Source: Candidatus Limnocylindrales bacterium
GTDB lineage: Bacteria; Chloroflexota; Limnocylindria; Limnocylindrales; CSP1-4
Assembly (NCBI GenBank): GCA_035703005.1
Contig: DASSZA010000125.1
Span: 1-55,068, forward strand
Reading direction: 5' to 3'
Length of the DNA stretch: 55,068 bases
Part shown: positions 17,512 through 25,776 of the stretch, piece by piece
Numbering within the stretch: the stretch's first letter is position 1
How the letters are laid out: each line of letters begins with the position of its first letter
Position numbers and translations under genes: made by a program
Notes under the pieces: generated by a model
Seen by the model: the letters and a program-made list of their open reading frames with translations, nothing else
Told to the model about the DNA's origin: nothing
The model's database searches: none

Positions 17512-18864
17512 TCAGTGCTCGGTCGTCCCCGTGAAGGTCCACGCCTCCAATCGGATGGCAGGGACCACGACCCCCCCTAAGAACCCCCTTAGTGTCCTCC
17601 GTTCCCGGGCGACTCCGACTGTACACGCCAAGGCGTCGAGATACGACTGGGTGAAGCGAAGATTCTTGACCGGTCCGACGATCCGGCCGCCCTCGACGAG
17701 GAACGTCCCGTCGCGGGTCATGCCCGTGATGATCGCGAGCTTCGGGTGGACCGGGTTCGTGTAATGGAAGCGCGTGACCAGCAATCCCCGGTCGAGCCCC
17801 CCGATGAGGTCGTCGCGCGACTGGTCCCCCGCAGCCATCAGCATGTTGAGCGGGAACGGTCCCCACGGGTTCGGTGCGGGCAGACCGTGGCCGGTGGAAG
17901 CGACGCCGTCCCGTGCGGCGGTCTGCGAGTCGTACACGACGCCGCGGCAGATCCCGCGATCGAGCAGGTCGACGCGCTGCTTCGCCACGCCTTCGTAGTC
18001 GAAGCCCATCGGGATGCCCGCCGGATCGTGCCCGTCATCGACGATCGTCACGAGGTCGCTGCCGATGCGCTTGCCGATCTCGACGAAGCTTCGTTCCTCC
18101 TGGACCGCGAGGGCCGAGAAACCGAGGTAGCCGAGCATGTCCAGGAGGTCGACGACCGCATATTCCTCGAGGACGACCGGGTAGTCGCCCGCGTCGAGCG
18201 AGACGGCGTTCGCCGTCGACTTGGCCTTGCCGGCCGCCTCCCGACCGATCGCCGCCGCGTCGATCACGTCGATGTCGACGGCCGCCTGCTCCGCGTAGCC
18301 GCTGCCGCCATCCGGCCCCATCGACACGGTGAGGAGTTGCGCGATCGTCCGCGTGCCGGCGACCCGGACGCCGAGCGAGTTGGCCACCGCCGCCGTCTCC
18401 GTGCCCGAGGAAAAGGAGCCGTACGCGGTCACGCCCGCGTCATCGGCAGCCGAGATGACCTGGCGGACGGCATCGGCGCGAAGCTCGGGCGATGCGGCCG
18501 CGGTGGAGCTCGCGAACCCGGCCGTCGCGGGCGTCACCGCGGTCGGACCGGGAAGCCCGGCCCAGTCCTCGAGCTCCTCCACGACGCGGGCGATCGCCGT
18601 CGCGTTCTCGGCCAGCCGTCGTAGGCCTTCCGCATCCGTCCGTCCCGAAGACGCCACGCCGATCCGCTTCCCGATGGCGACGCGAAGGTTCACGGTGACG
18701 TCGATCTCAGCCACGTTCTGATGGATCTGGCTGTTGGCGAACCGGGTGAGCGCCTCGTCCTCGGCGATGACGAGCGCCTCGGCTTGCGTCACGCCGTCGA
18801 CCATCGCCGCGTCGAGCGCGCGCTCGGCCAGGGTGAGCGCGTGCCGGGCTCGATCGTCGTTCAC
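17512..18864 (-). CDS. pmbA: PmbA/TldE-family metallopeptidase partner subunit
   Basis: ORF 17512..18936 trimmed to GTG 18862-18864 (7 nt after tldD stop, AGGCGA upstream); TldD/PmbA fold-family sequence lacking HExxxH. Confidence 0.8.
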   Translation of the reverse strand: MNDDRARHALTLAERALDAAMVDGVTQAEALVIAEDEALTRFANSQIHQNVAEIDVTVNLRVAIGKRIGVASSGRTDAEGLRRLAENATAIARVVEELEDWAGLPGPTAVTPATAGFASSTAAASPELRADAVRQVISAADDAGVTAYGSFSSGTETAAVANSLGVRVAGTRTIAQLLTVSMGPDGGSGYAEQAAVDIDVIDAAAIGREAAGKAKSTANAVSLDAGDYPVVLEEYAVVDLLDMLGYLGFSALAVQEERSFVEIGKRIGSDLVTIVDDGHDPAGIPMGFDYEGVAKQRVDLLDRGICRGVVYDSQTAARDGVASTGHGLPAPNPWGPFPLNMLMAAGDQSRDDLIGGLDRGLLVTRFHYTNPVHPKLAIITGMTRDGTFLVEGGRIVGPVKNLRFTQSYLDALACTVGVARERRTLRGFLGGVVVPAIRLEAWTFTGTTEH

Positions 18865-18871
18865 TGGTCGC

Positions 18872-20320
18872 CTACCACTTGCCGACCCCGACCTGGACGT
18901 CGCGGAAACGCGCGCCGGGGACGGCGTGGCCGACATGGCCCGTCTGGCTCGGCTCGCCCTTGCCGCAGTTCGGCGTCCCGAGCATCACGTAGCTCCGTTC
19001 GTCGCCGACCGCGTCGCACGACCGCCAGAACTCGTACGTGATGCCGGTGTACGTCGGGTTCTTGAAGAGGCGGCCCTTCTTCCCGCCCTTGATCTCGTAG
19101 GCGACCTCGGTGGCGAACTGGAAATTCAGTCGTCGATCGTCGATCGACCACGAACGGTTCGCCGCGAGGTACAGCCCGTCGTCGGTGTCGGCGACGATGT
19201 CGTCGAGGCTCATGCCAGGCCGTGGCAGCAGGTTGATGTTGGTCATCCGGATGAGCGGGATGCGGTTCCAGCCGTCGGCGCGCATCGCGCCGCCGCTCGA
19301 GCGCCCGATCCGCGGTGCCGTTTCGCGGCTGGTCAGGTAGCCGACGAAGATCCCGTCCTTCACGAGCGGCACCGCCTGGGCTGCGACGCCCTCGTCGTCC
19401 CAACCGAAGGTGCCCATGCCCCCGGGCGCCGTCGCATCGGCGACGATCGTCACGAGCTCCGACCCGTAGCGGAACCCTGACGCGAGCTTGTCGGTCGTGA
19501 GGAAGCTCGTGCCGGCGTATGACGCCTCGGTCCCGAAGACGCGATCGAGTTCCGTGGGGTGCCCACAACTCTCGTGGACCTGGAGATAGAGCTGCGAGGG
19601 GTCGAGGATGATCGTGAACCGGCCGCTCGGGCATTGCGGAGCCGTGAGCAGCTCGACTGCCTCATCGGCGAGTGGTTCGGCGTGCGCCGCGAGGTCCAGA
19701 CCTCGGATGTACTCGTAGCCGGCGGCCTGCCAACCGCCACCGGAGTCCGGGTACGACCGACGCTGGTGCTCGTCCCCGTCGACGGCGTTGGCCTCGACGG
19801 CCGAGCCGACGTGGGTGATCGTCTGCTCGGTGAACGATCCATCGGTCGCCGCGAACGTCTTCCACTCGCGCTGCGCCGCGTACATCGATTCGGTGAACGC
19901 GATGCCCTTGACGTTGGCTGCCGCCTGATCCGCCGCGAGCAGATCGGCGATCTTCGTCTCGAGGGGGACGTCGAACGGGTCCTCGTCGATCGGCGTCTCA
20001 TACCGGCCGTACGCCGGCGGTCGGTCGTCGAGGATGGCCGGTTCCCGGAGCGCGGTGGCGCTGGCCCGAGCGATGCGCACGGCCTCGCCCGCGATCCGAT
20101 CCGCCTCGTTGCCCGTGAGGACGTGGCTGCTCGCGAAACCCCACGCGCCATCCACGAGCACGCGGATCCCGAACCCCTCGGTCTCGTTCGAGGCGACGCC
20201 CTCGACGCGACCGGTCTTGATCGCGATCGATTCCTCGTGCCGGCGCACGATCCGGACGTCCGCGTATCGGGCGCCCAAGGACGTGGCCGTATCGAGTGCG
20301 CGCTCGGTCAGGTCTCGCAT
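18872..20320 (-). CDS. tldD: TldD metalloprotease
   Basis: 482 aa; HESCGHPTELD (HExxxH) motif; GFGIRVLVDGAWGFASS typical N-terminal region. Confidence 0.9.
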   Translation of the reverse strand: MRDLTERALDTATSLGARYADVRIVRRHEESIAIKTGRVEGVASNETEGFGIRVLVDGAWGFASSHVLTGNEADRIAGEAVRIARASATALREPAILDDRPPAYGRYETPIDEDPFDVPLETKIADLLAADQAAANVKGIAFTESMYAAQREWKTFAATDGSFTEQTITHVGSAVEANAVDGDEHQRRSYPDSGGGWQAAGYEYIRGLDLAAHAEPLADEAVELLTAPQCPSGRFTIILDPSQLYLQVHESCGHPTELDRVFGTEASYAGTSFLTTDKLASGFRYGSELVTIVADATAPGGMGTFGWDDEGVAAQAVPLVKDGIFVGYLTSRETAPRIGRSSGGAMRADGWNRIPLIRMTNINLLPRPGMSLDDIVADTDDGLYLAANRSWSIDDRRLNFQFATEVAYEIKGGKKGRLFKNPTYTGITYEFWRSCDAVGDERSYVMLGTPNCGKGEPSQTGHVGHAVPGARFRDVQVGVGKW

Positions 20321-20329
20321 GGGTCGGTC

Positions 20330-20335
20330 AGCCTA
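20330..20335 (-). promoter_or_regulatory. -10 box TAGGCT (GGTAGGCT), 9 nt before tldD ATG 20320
   Basis: Minus strand ctGGTAGGCT-gaccgaccc-ATG. Confidence 0.4.
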
Positions 20336-20353
20336 CCAGCGGGTCGCAGGGAG

Positions 20354-20371
20354 GGCACTCGGGCGAGTGCC
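20354..20371. promoter_or_regulatory. Perfect palindrome GGCACTC-GGGC-GAGTGCC in tldD / 20453 divergent region
   Basis: 7-bp arms, 4-bp spacer, read directly. Confidence 0.3.
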
Positions 20372-20378
20372 GTATCCC

Positions 20379-20398
20379 GTGGACCGTAGGGTGTCCAC
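20379..20398 (+). promoter_or_regulatory. Inverted repeat GTGGAC-N8-GTCCAC enclosing a TAGGGT -10-like hexamer (20387-20392), upstream of gene 20453
   Basis: Read directly; third GTCCAC at 20410-20415. Confidence 0.25.
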
Positions 20399-20452
20399 CC
20401 TCGACCGCAGTCCACAGCGCACCGATAACAACAGCCGACGGGGAAAGCGAGG

Positions 20453-20905
20453 GTGGCAAGGGCCGTGACCGAGGTCGGACCGACGACGCAACCACCGGTC
20501 GGCGCGCGCGCCGAGGTTCCGCTGCCGCTCGGCTTGTGGGTCGTCGCCGTGCTGCTCGTCGTCGGCGGGATCGGCTTCCTCATGGCGGTGTTCGACCTCG
20601 GCCCGCCGTTCCTCGCGGGCGGCCTCGTCGGGATCAAGGATTCGCAAACCGGCCAAGCGGTGCTCGTGATCACCGGCGTCGCGATGCTACTGGCGGCGGT
20701 GGGGCTGCTGTTGCGCGTCCAGTCGGCCTGGGGCCTGACGATGCTGATCGTCGGCCTCGGGCTCGTCGTCAACCTGATCGCCTATTTCACGGGCGACCCG
20801 AACTTCCTCCGGATGGCGATCTTCGTCCTCATGGCGTTCTACCTGAACGGGCGGCCGGTCCGTGAGGTGTTCCTCGGACCTGGTGCCCGGCGGTTCGGCA
20901 TATGA
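20453..20905 (+). CDS. Small 4-TM membrane protein, unknown function
   Basis: 150 aa, GTG start with GGGAAAGCGAGG upstream; four hydrophobic segments; ATGA overlap with next gene. Confidence 0.55.
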   Translation: MARAVTEVGPTTQPPVGARAEVPLPLGLWVVAVLLVVGGIGFLMAVFDLGPPFLAGGLVGIKDSQTGQAVLVITGVAMLLAAVGLLLRVQSAWGLTMLIVGLGLVVNLIAYFTGDPNFLRMAIFVLMAFYLNGRPVREVFLGPGARRFGI

Positions 20906-22815
20906 CGACTGCGATCGAAGAAGCCGTCTCCGTCTCGGCCACTGACCTGCAGCTCCTTCGCGCGTACGAACCGATCGTCCGCTACAACCACGGCGAGCTG
21001 TTCTTCCCGACCAACGTCGAGGGCTACCTGCGGGAATGCGACCTCCTCGTCGGGTCCTCGGAACGCGATCGCGAGGTGATCGTCCCCGTCGGCGAGCTGA
21101 CCCCCGACCGCCTCGCGACGGCGGTCGCGCGGCCGGGCGAGACCTTGTATCTGCGCCTCGTCCAGCGTCCGATGGCGCCGCTCGAGCTCGCGCGCTGGCG
21201 CAACCGACCCGACCGTCAGGTCTTCCGCGCCCCCGGTCGACTGGCGCGGGTCGGATTGTTCGCACGGCTCGTGGATGCCGCCTTCTCCACGTCCCTGCTC
21301 CTGCGCGGGACGGTCCCGGGCGGTACCGCCGGGGCGGCACAAGTGAAGTACGCGCGTGCCCGCGAGGGCGATCCGCGGCTCGTCTACTACGGGCGGGTCG
21401 TTCGCGAGAACGGCTGGATCGCACTCCAGTACCTCTACTTCTACTTCATGAACGACTACCGCTCGACGTTCCACGGCGCGAACGACCATGAGGCGGACTG
21501 GGAACAAGTCTTCGTCTACCTCGACGACGCGCCCGCCGGCCCGCGGCCCGTCTGGATCGCCGCAGCTGCCCACGACTTCGTCGGCGACGAGTTGCGACGT
21601 CGCTGGGACGACCCGACGCTCGAGAAGGTCGATGGCCACCCGGTCGTCTACGCCGGAGCCGGATCGCACGCCTCCTACTTCGAGCGCGGCGAATACGTCA
21701 CGGAGATCCCGCTGCCCGGGATGCGTGGCGTTCGTGGTCTGCTGGAGGCACTGCGAGCCTTCTGGCGCGAATCGCTTCGCCAGCCGGACCCCGGCGACCT
21801 CGCTGCGTCGCTCAGTGCCGCGCTCAGCGTGCCCTTCGTCGATTACGCGCGCGGTGACGGTACGTCGGTCGGTCCCGGGACGGATGCGCACTGGTCGCCG
21901 GTCCTGATCGACGACGACACGCCATGGGTCGATGGATATCGCGGTCTCTTCGGCCTCGACACGTACGACCGGTTCGGCGGCGAGCGAGCGCCCGCCGGAC
22001 CCAAATACGGCCGAACGGGCTCCGTGCGGATGTCGTGGAACGACCCGCTGGGTTTCGCCGGCGTGGACAAGGTCGCGCCGCCGTCGCGCCAACCCGAGGA
22101 GTTGCGCGGGCGGATCGCGGACCGCGAGGCCAGGTTGCGTGAGCTCGAAGACGCCATCGCTCGGCGATCCGCCGAGTTGCCCGGTCTCGACCTGGAGGCG
22201 CGGAGTCTCGCCGCGGATGGCGCGATGACGACGCTGCACAAGGCGCGCGCTGCGGAGCTCGCGACCGGGACGGCGGAGCTCGAGGCGCAACGACGGGAGC
22301 GAGCAGGCGTCGCGGACGCGCTCGTCGCGCTCCGACGGGAGCTGGGGCGAGTCGAGGCCGGCGACCTCGGCGACCCTCGAGGCCACCTCACGCACCCGCA
22401 TCGTCCGGTCCCGGAGGCGGACGTCCGATACGGCCGTCTCGTCGAGTTCTGGTCCGCCTTGAGCGTCGGCTTGTTGCTGCTGGCGATCGTGGCGCTGGTT
22501 TCGCTGCGCCTCGCCCCGTGGTGGGCGGCGCTTGGGCTCGCCCTCGCGGGCTACGCAGTGCTCGAGGCCGCGTTCCGGCGCCGGCTGACGCTGCTCACGC
22601 TGCGAGTCGAGCTCGTGCTGGCGATGGTCAGCGCGGCGATCCTCGTATGGGAGGGTCTGTTCATCATCGTGATCGCGGCGGTGGCCGGTCTGGCGCTCGT
22701 CGTCGTCCTGGACAACGTCCGAGAGTTGCGGTGGGGCAGTTCTGAGTCATCGGCCCCCTCGCCGGCGGCGACCGCGATCGCGCCTGGATCAGAGGCCGGA
22801 GATCTGGATCGCTGA
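20902..22815 (+). CDS. Vps62/DUF946-like domain protein with coiled coil and C-terminal 4-TM anchor
   Basis: 637 aa; NHGELFFPTNVEGYL, WIALQYLYFYFMNDY, HEADWEQVFVYL and HPVVYAGAGSHASYFERGEY mirror the conserved blocks of Vps62/DUF946 proteins; Arg/Glu/Ala heptad-like stretch; TM helices near C-terminus. Confidence 0.7.
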   Translation: MTTAIEEAVSVSATDLQLLRAYEPIVRYNHGELFFPTNVEGYLRECDLLVGSSERDREVIVPVGELTPDRLATAVARPGETLYLRLVQRPMAPLELARWRNRPDRQVFRAPGRLARVGLFARLVDAAFSTSLLLRGTVPGGTAGAAQVKYARAREGDPRLVYYGRVVRENGWIALQYLYFYFMNDYRSTFHGANDHEADWEQVFVYLDDAPAGPRPVWIAAAAHDFVGDELRRRWDDPTLEKVDGHPVVYAGAGSHASYFERGEYVTEIPLPGMRGVRGLLEALRAFWRESLRQPDPGDLAASLSAALSVPFVDYARGDGTSVGPGTDAHWSPVLIDDDTPWVDGYRGLFGLDTYDRFGGERAPAGPKYGRTGSVRMSWNDPLGFAGVDKVAPPSRQPEELRGRIADREARLRELEDAIARRSAELPGLDLEARSLAADGAMTTLHKARAAELATGTAELEAQRRERAGVADALVALRRELGRVEAGDLGDPRGHLTHPHRPVPEADVRYGRLVEFWSALSVGLLLLAIVALVSLRLAPWWAALGLALAGYAVLEAAFRRRLTLLTLRVELVLAMVSAAILVWEGLFIIVIAAVAGLALVVVLDNVRELRWGSSESSAPSPAATAIAPGSEAGDLDR

Positions 22816-24426
22816 CCAGGCCTGACCCGTCAGGACGACGCCAAACCCCAGGACCACCACAGCGGCGACGAGTGGGATCGCCTCGCGAAACCGGCCGAGG
22901 TTCATGCCGGCCTGGGCTCGGTCGACGCGGTCGCGGGCGGTGACGAGGACCAGGCCGACGCCACTCATGACTGCGGCCATCCCCACACCGAACGCCGCGA
23001 CGAGGACGAGTCCGAACGCCGGACGACCCGCGGCGATGGCTCCGAGCAGGATCAGCAGCGCGCTCGTCGAGGGGATGAGACCACCCGCGAGCCCGAGGAG
23101 GAACAGGCTGCGCCACGTGATGCTCGATGGCGGCACATGCGGGTGCGGATGGCTCTGGCCACGCGTGTGGGTGTGCCCGTTCGCATCTCGGTCGTGGACG
23201 TGCGATCCGTCGTGGTGGTGCACGTGGTCGTGCTCGGGGTCGGACGCGGTCAGCGTGCGACGTCGCCCGACCTCCCCGATGAGCATCCATCCGCCGATCA
23301 CGACGATGGATATGGCGGCCACGAGCGGGGCGCCACGGACGATGACATCTGGAGCCACGACATCGGTCGCCGCGAGCACGACGGCCGCGAGCACCAGGAT
23401 GCCGATCGTGTGCGACACGCTCACCGCCGCGCCGAGCCCGATCGCGTGGCGAGCCGAACCGCGCGTCCCGACGAGGTACGCGGCCATCAGGGTCTTGCCG
23501 TGGCCGGGCGTCAGGGCGTGGCCGGCCCCGAGGGCCGCGGCCGCGGCGAGGGACAGCAGCACGACCAACGGCGTGAGGTCGGCCTGGCGGAAGATGTCGG
23601 GCAGGTCCGTGGCGGCGACGCCTCCCGGGACGGCGGCCGGGGCAGACGCCGGAGCAGGCGGCGACGCGGTGGTGGGCGACGCCGAAGGAGCTTGTGCGGT
23701 CGCCGGTGACGGCATCGCCGGATCGACCGCGACGATCGGCTTGGCATCCGGGACCTCGGCCGGCGCCAGGATCGCCCCGCCCGCTGTCGCCGTGACCGTG
23801 AGCGCCTCATCGCGGAGTGGTGACGTGATCAGGTCCGTGGGATACCGGGTCAAACGCTCGGACACGCTTGTGGGCCGAATCTCGCCACCACGCACGGCGA
23901 GCGTCACGCCCGACCCCTGGGCCACGATCTCGCGCCAGCCGGTGCGCTCTGCGAACGAGCGATCGACGAAACCGATCTCCAGCCCGTGGTCGCCGATCGG
24001 GCTCGCGAGCGGCGCCTCGAACGTACAGACCTCGCGCATCGTCGAGAGGCCGCCGACGCCGAGCGGGAACGACAGCCCGGCCGCGGTCAAGCGTGGCGCC
24101 AGGCTCGCGCCACCGGCCGTCAGCGCCAGCGAACCCGCCAGCGCATCGCAGGCGGTCACTCGACCCGCATCGATCTCCTCGTCGGAAAGCGACGCGTCCC
24201 CGTCAGTGTCGAAGTCGAAGCGGGCCTGGAATGTCGGGATCTCCGCCTGGTCGATCACGATGTCGAGCAGGATGCGATCGGGCTCGACCCGGATGCCGGC
24301 GTAGTGATTGATCGTGAAGTTCCCGAGGGGATGCGCGAACACCGATGCCGGCAGCGCCGCGGCCAGCCCGATCGCCAGCGCAGCGCCGAGCGCGCGTCTG
24401 ACGAGCGATCGACGACGGCGTCCCAT
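22789..24426 (-). CDS. NicO/RcnA-type nickel/cobalt transporter fused to an N-terminal secreted domain
   Basis: ORF 22789..24744 trimmed to ATG 24424-24426 (MGRRRRSLVRRALGAALAIGLAAALPASVFAHPLGNFTINHY); GAGHALTPGHGKTLMAAYL signature; His-rich loop HDHVHHHDGSHVHDRDANGHTHTRGQSHPHPH; -10 box 7 nt upstream. Confidence 0.8.
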   Translation of the reverse strand: MGRRRRSLVRRALGAALAIGLAAALPASVFAHPLGNFTINHYAGIRVEPDRILLDIVIDQAEIPTFQARFDFDTDGDASLSDEEIDAGRVTACDALAGSLALTAGGASLAPRLTAAGLSFPLGVGGLSTMREVCTFEAPLASPIGDHGLEIGFVDRSFAERTGWREIVAQGSGVTLAVRGGEIRPTSVSERLTRYPTDLITSPLRDEALTVTATAGGAILAPAEVPDAKPIVAVDPAMPSPATAQAPSASPTTASPPAPASAPAAVPGGVAATDLPDIFRQADLTPLVVLLSLAAAAALGAGHALTPGHGKTLMAAYLVGTRGSARHAIGLGAAVSVSHTIGILVLAAVVLAATDVVAPDVIVRGAPLVAAISIVVIGGWMLIGEVGRRRTLTASDPEHDHVHHHDGSHVHDRDANGHTHTRGQSHPHPHVPPSSITWRSLFLLGLAGGLIPSTSALLILLGAIAAGRPAFGLVLVAAFGVGMAAVMSGVGLVLVTARDRVDRAQAGMNLGRFREAIPLVAAVVVLGFGVVLTGQAWSAIQISGL

Positions 24427-24433
24427 GGTGTCG

Positions 24434-24439
24434 AGGGTA
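24434..24439 (-). promoter_or_regulatory. -10 box TACCCT, 7 nt before ATG 24426 (NicO-type transporter)
   Basis: Minus strand TACCCT-cgacacc-ATG. Confidence 0.4.
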
Positions 24440-24495
24440 CGCGCCGCGAGCCCCGGCGGATGACTCGGATCCTCGGGATCGTCCCGACCGTCGGC

Positions 24496-24501
24496 TACAC
24501 T
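24496..24501 (+). promoter_or_regulatory. -10 box TACACT, 7 nt before tmk ATG 24509
   Basis: TACACT-cgcgccg-ATG. Confidence 0.45.
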
Positions 24502-24508
24502 CGCGCCG

Positions 24509-25192
24509 ATGTCAGGAGGTGGCGTCCGGCGCGGCGCGTTCATCACGATCGACGGCCCGGACGGCGGCGGCAAGACCACCCAGGCGGAACGTCTGGCCGC
24601 CCATCTTCGGAAGCTCGGCTTGACCGTCCACCTGACCCGTGAACCGGGCGGGACCTGGCTCGGCGAACGGATCCGCGAACTGTTGCTCGACCGGACCGGG
24701 TCGACCGCCCCGACCGATCCACTGGCCGACGCGATGTTGTTCAACGCGGCTCGCCGTCAGCTCGTCCGCGAGGTGATCGGTCCGGCGCTTGCCGCCGGCG
24801 AGACCGTCATCTGCGCCCGCTTCGCGGATTCGACACTGGCGTACCAGGGGTACGGCGCCGGGCTCGACGTCGCGATGTTGCGCGAACTCAACGATCGGGC
24901 GACCGACGGCCTCCAGCCCGACCTCACGCTGCTGCTCGATGTCCCGGTCGAGGCTGGACTCGCCCGCAAGGCGCCGGGCGATGTGACCAGGTTCGAGGCC
25001 GAATATGACCTCGACTTCCACCGTCGCGTGCGCGACGGATTCCTTGCCATCGCGGCGGCGGAAACCCAACGCGTGGTGGTCCTCGACGCGACTCGCGACA
25101 TCGCCGAGGTGGGCGATGAGATCGTCGGCTTGGTGCGTGCGCGCGCCGCCCACGATGAACCGCCGGCTGCCGGCGTGCGCATCAAGGGATGA
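24509..25192 (+). CDS. tmk: Thymidylate (dTMP) kinase
   Basis: 227 aa; FITIDGPDGGGKTTQ P-loop, LTREPGGT, overall Tmk layout. Confidence 0.9.
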   Translation: MSGGGVRRGAFITIDGPDGGGKTTQAERLAAHLRKLGLTVHLTREPGGTWLGERIRELLLDRTGSTAPTDPLADAMLFNAARRQLVREVIGPALAAGETVICARFADSTLAYQGYGAGLDVAMLRELNDRATDGLQPDLTLLLDVPVEAGLARKAPGDVTRFEAEYDLDFHRRVRDGFLAIAAAETQRVVVLDATRDIAEVGDEIVGLVRARAAHDEPPAAGVRIKG

Positions 25193-25776
25193 GCGAGTCG
25201 TCGGGCCCGCTCCCGCTCCGCGTGGCGACCGTCGCTGACGACGCGGACCGCGCGGCATTGGAGCGGATCGCCCGCGATGAGCTCGGGGCGCTCGACGACT
25301 TGTACGAGCGTTATAAGACCATGGCTTACTCGATCGCCTATCGGATCACCAACGACGCGGCCCTGGCGGAGGATGTCGTGCAGGAGGCGTTCCTGGGTGT
25401 CTGGCGGAACGCGTCCCGCTATGTCGAGGGTCGGGGCAGCGTGAAGACGTGGCTGCTATCGATCGTCCATCACCGCGCGATCGACGCTGTCCGTCGGCGA
25501 CGGGCCACCGTCGACCTTCCCGAACGCGACGACGCGCCGCCGCCCGCCCTTCGTCTGCCGGATCTGTGGGGCGAGGTCGCTGCCAACCTCGACGCCGATG
25601 AGGTACGCGCCGCCCTGGCGTCGCTGAGCGACGTGCAGCGCGAGGCGCTGGAGCTCGCGTATTTCGGCGGGCTCACGCAGACCGAGATCGCCGAGCGCAC
25701 GGGGACGCCGCTCGGGACCGTCAAGAGCCGGATGCGGCTCGGCCTGCTCGCTATGCGGGAGATGCTGTCGCCATGA
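25189..25776 (+). CDS. ECF-type RNA polymerase sigma factor (SigK/ECF19-like)
   Basis: 195 aa; region 2 (YSIAYRITNDAALAEDVVQEAFLGVWR) and region 4 (REALELAYFGGLTQTEIAERTGTPLGTVKSRMR); ATGA overlap with tmk. Confidence 0.9.
   Translation: MSESSGPLPLRVATVADDADRAALERIARDELGALDDLYERYKTMAYSIAYRITNDAALAEDVVQEAFLGVWRNASRYVEGRGSVKTWLLSIVHHRAIDAVRRRRATVDLPERDDAPPPALRLPDLWGEVAANLDADEVRAALASLSDVQREALELAYFGGLTQTEIAERTGTPLGTVKSRMRLGLLAMREMLSP

Noticed and set aside
15984-17534. 516-aa plus-strand ORF opposite the zinc-ribbon DUF4328-like gene
   Set aside because: This is an Arg/Gly/Asp-rich artefact. The minus-strand frame gives a zinc ribbon plus clean TM helices and fits the operon spacing.
20354-20371. 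CIRCE-like heat-shock operator (GCACTC...GAGTGC arms)
   Set aside because: CIRCE is TTAGCACTC-N9-GAGTGCTAA. Here the spacer is 4 bp, the TTA/TAA ends are missing and no chaperone gene is adjacent. I kept it only as a generic palindrome.
20839-22401. 520-aa ORF antisense to the Vps62-like gene
   Set aside because: The product is Arg-rich and low-complexity with no motifs. The plus-strand frame carries conserved blocks, TM helices and an ATGA coupling. This is a typical high-GC antisense artefact.
22789-22815. 27-nt convergent 3' overlap between the Vps62-like gene and the NicO-type transporter gene
   Set aside because: Both C-termini are plausible and the overlap is short, so I treat it as a compact-genome feature rather than a regulatory or annotation problem.
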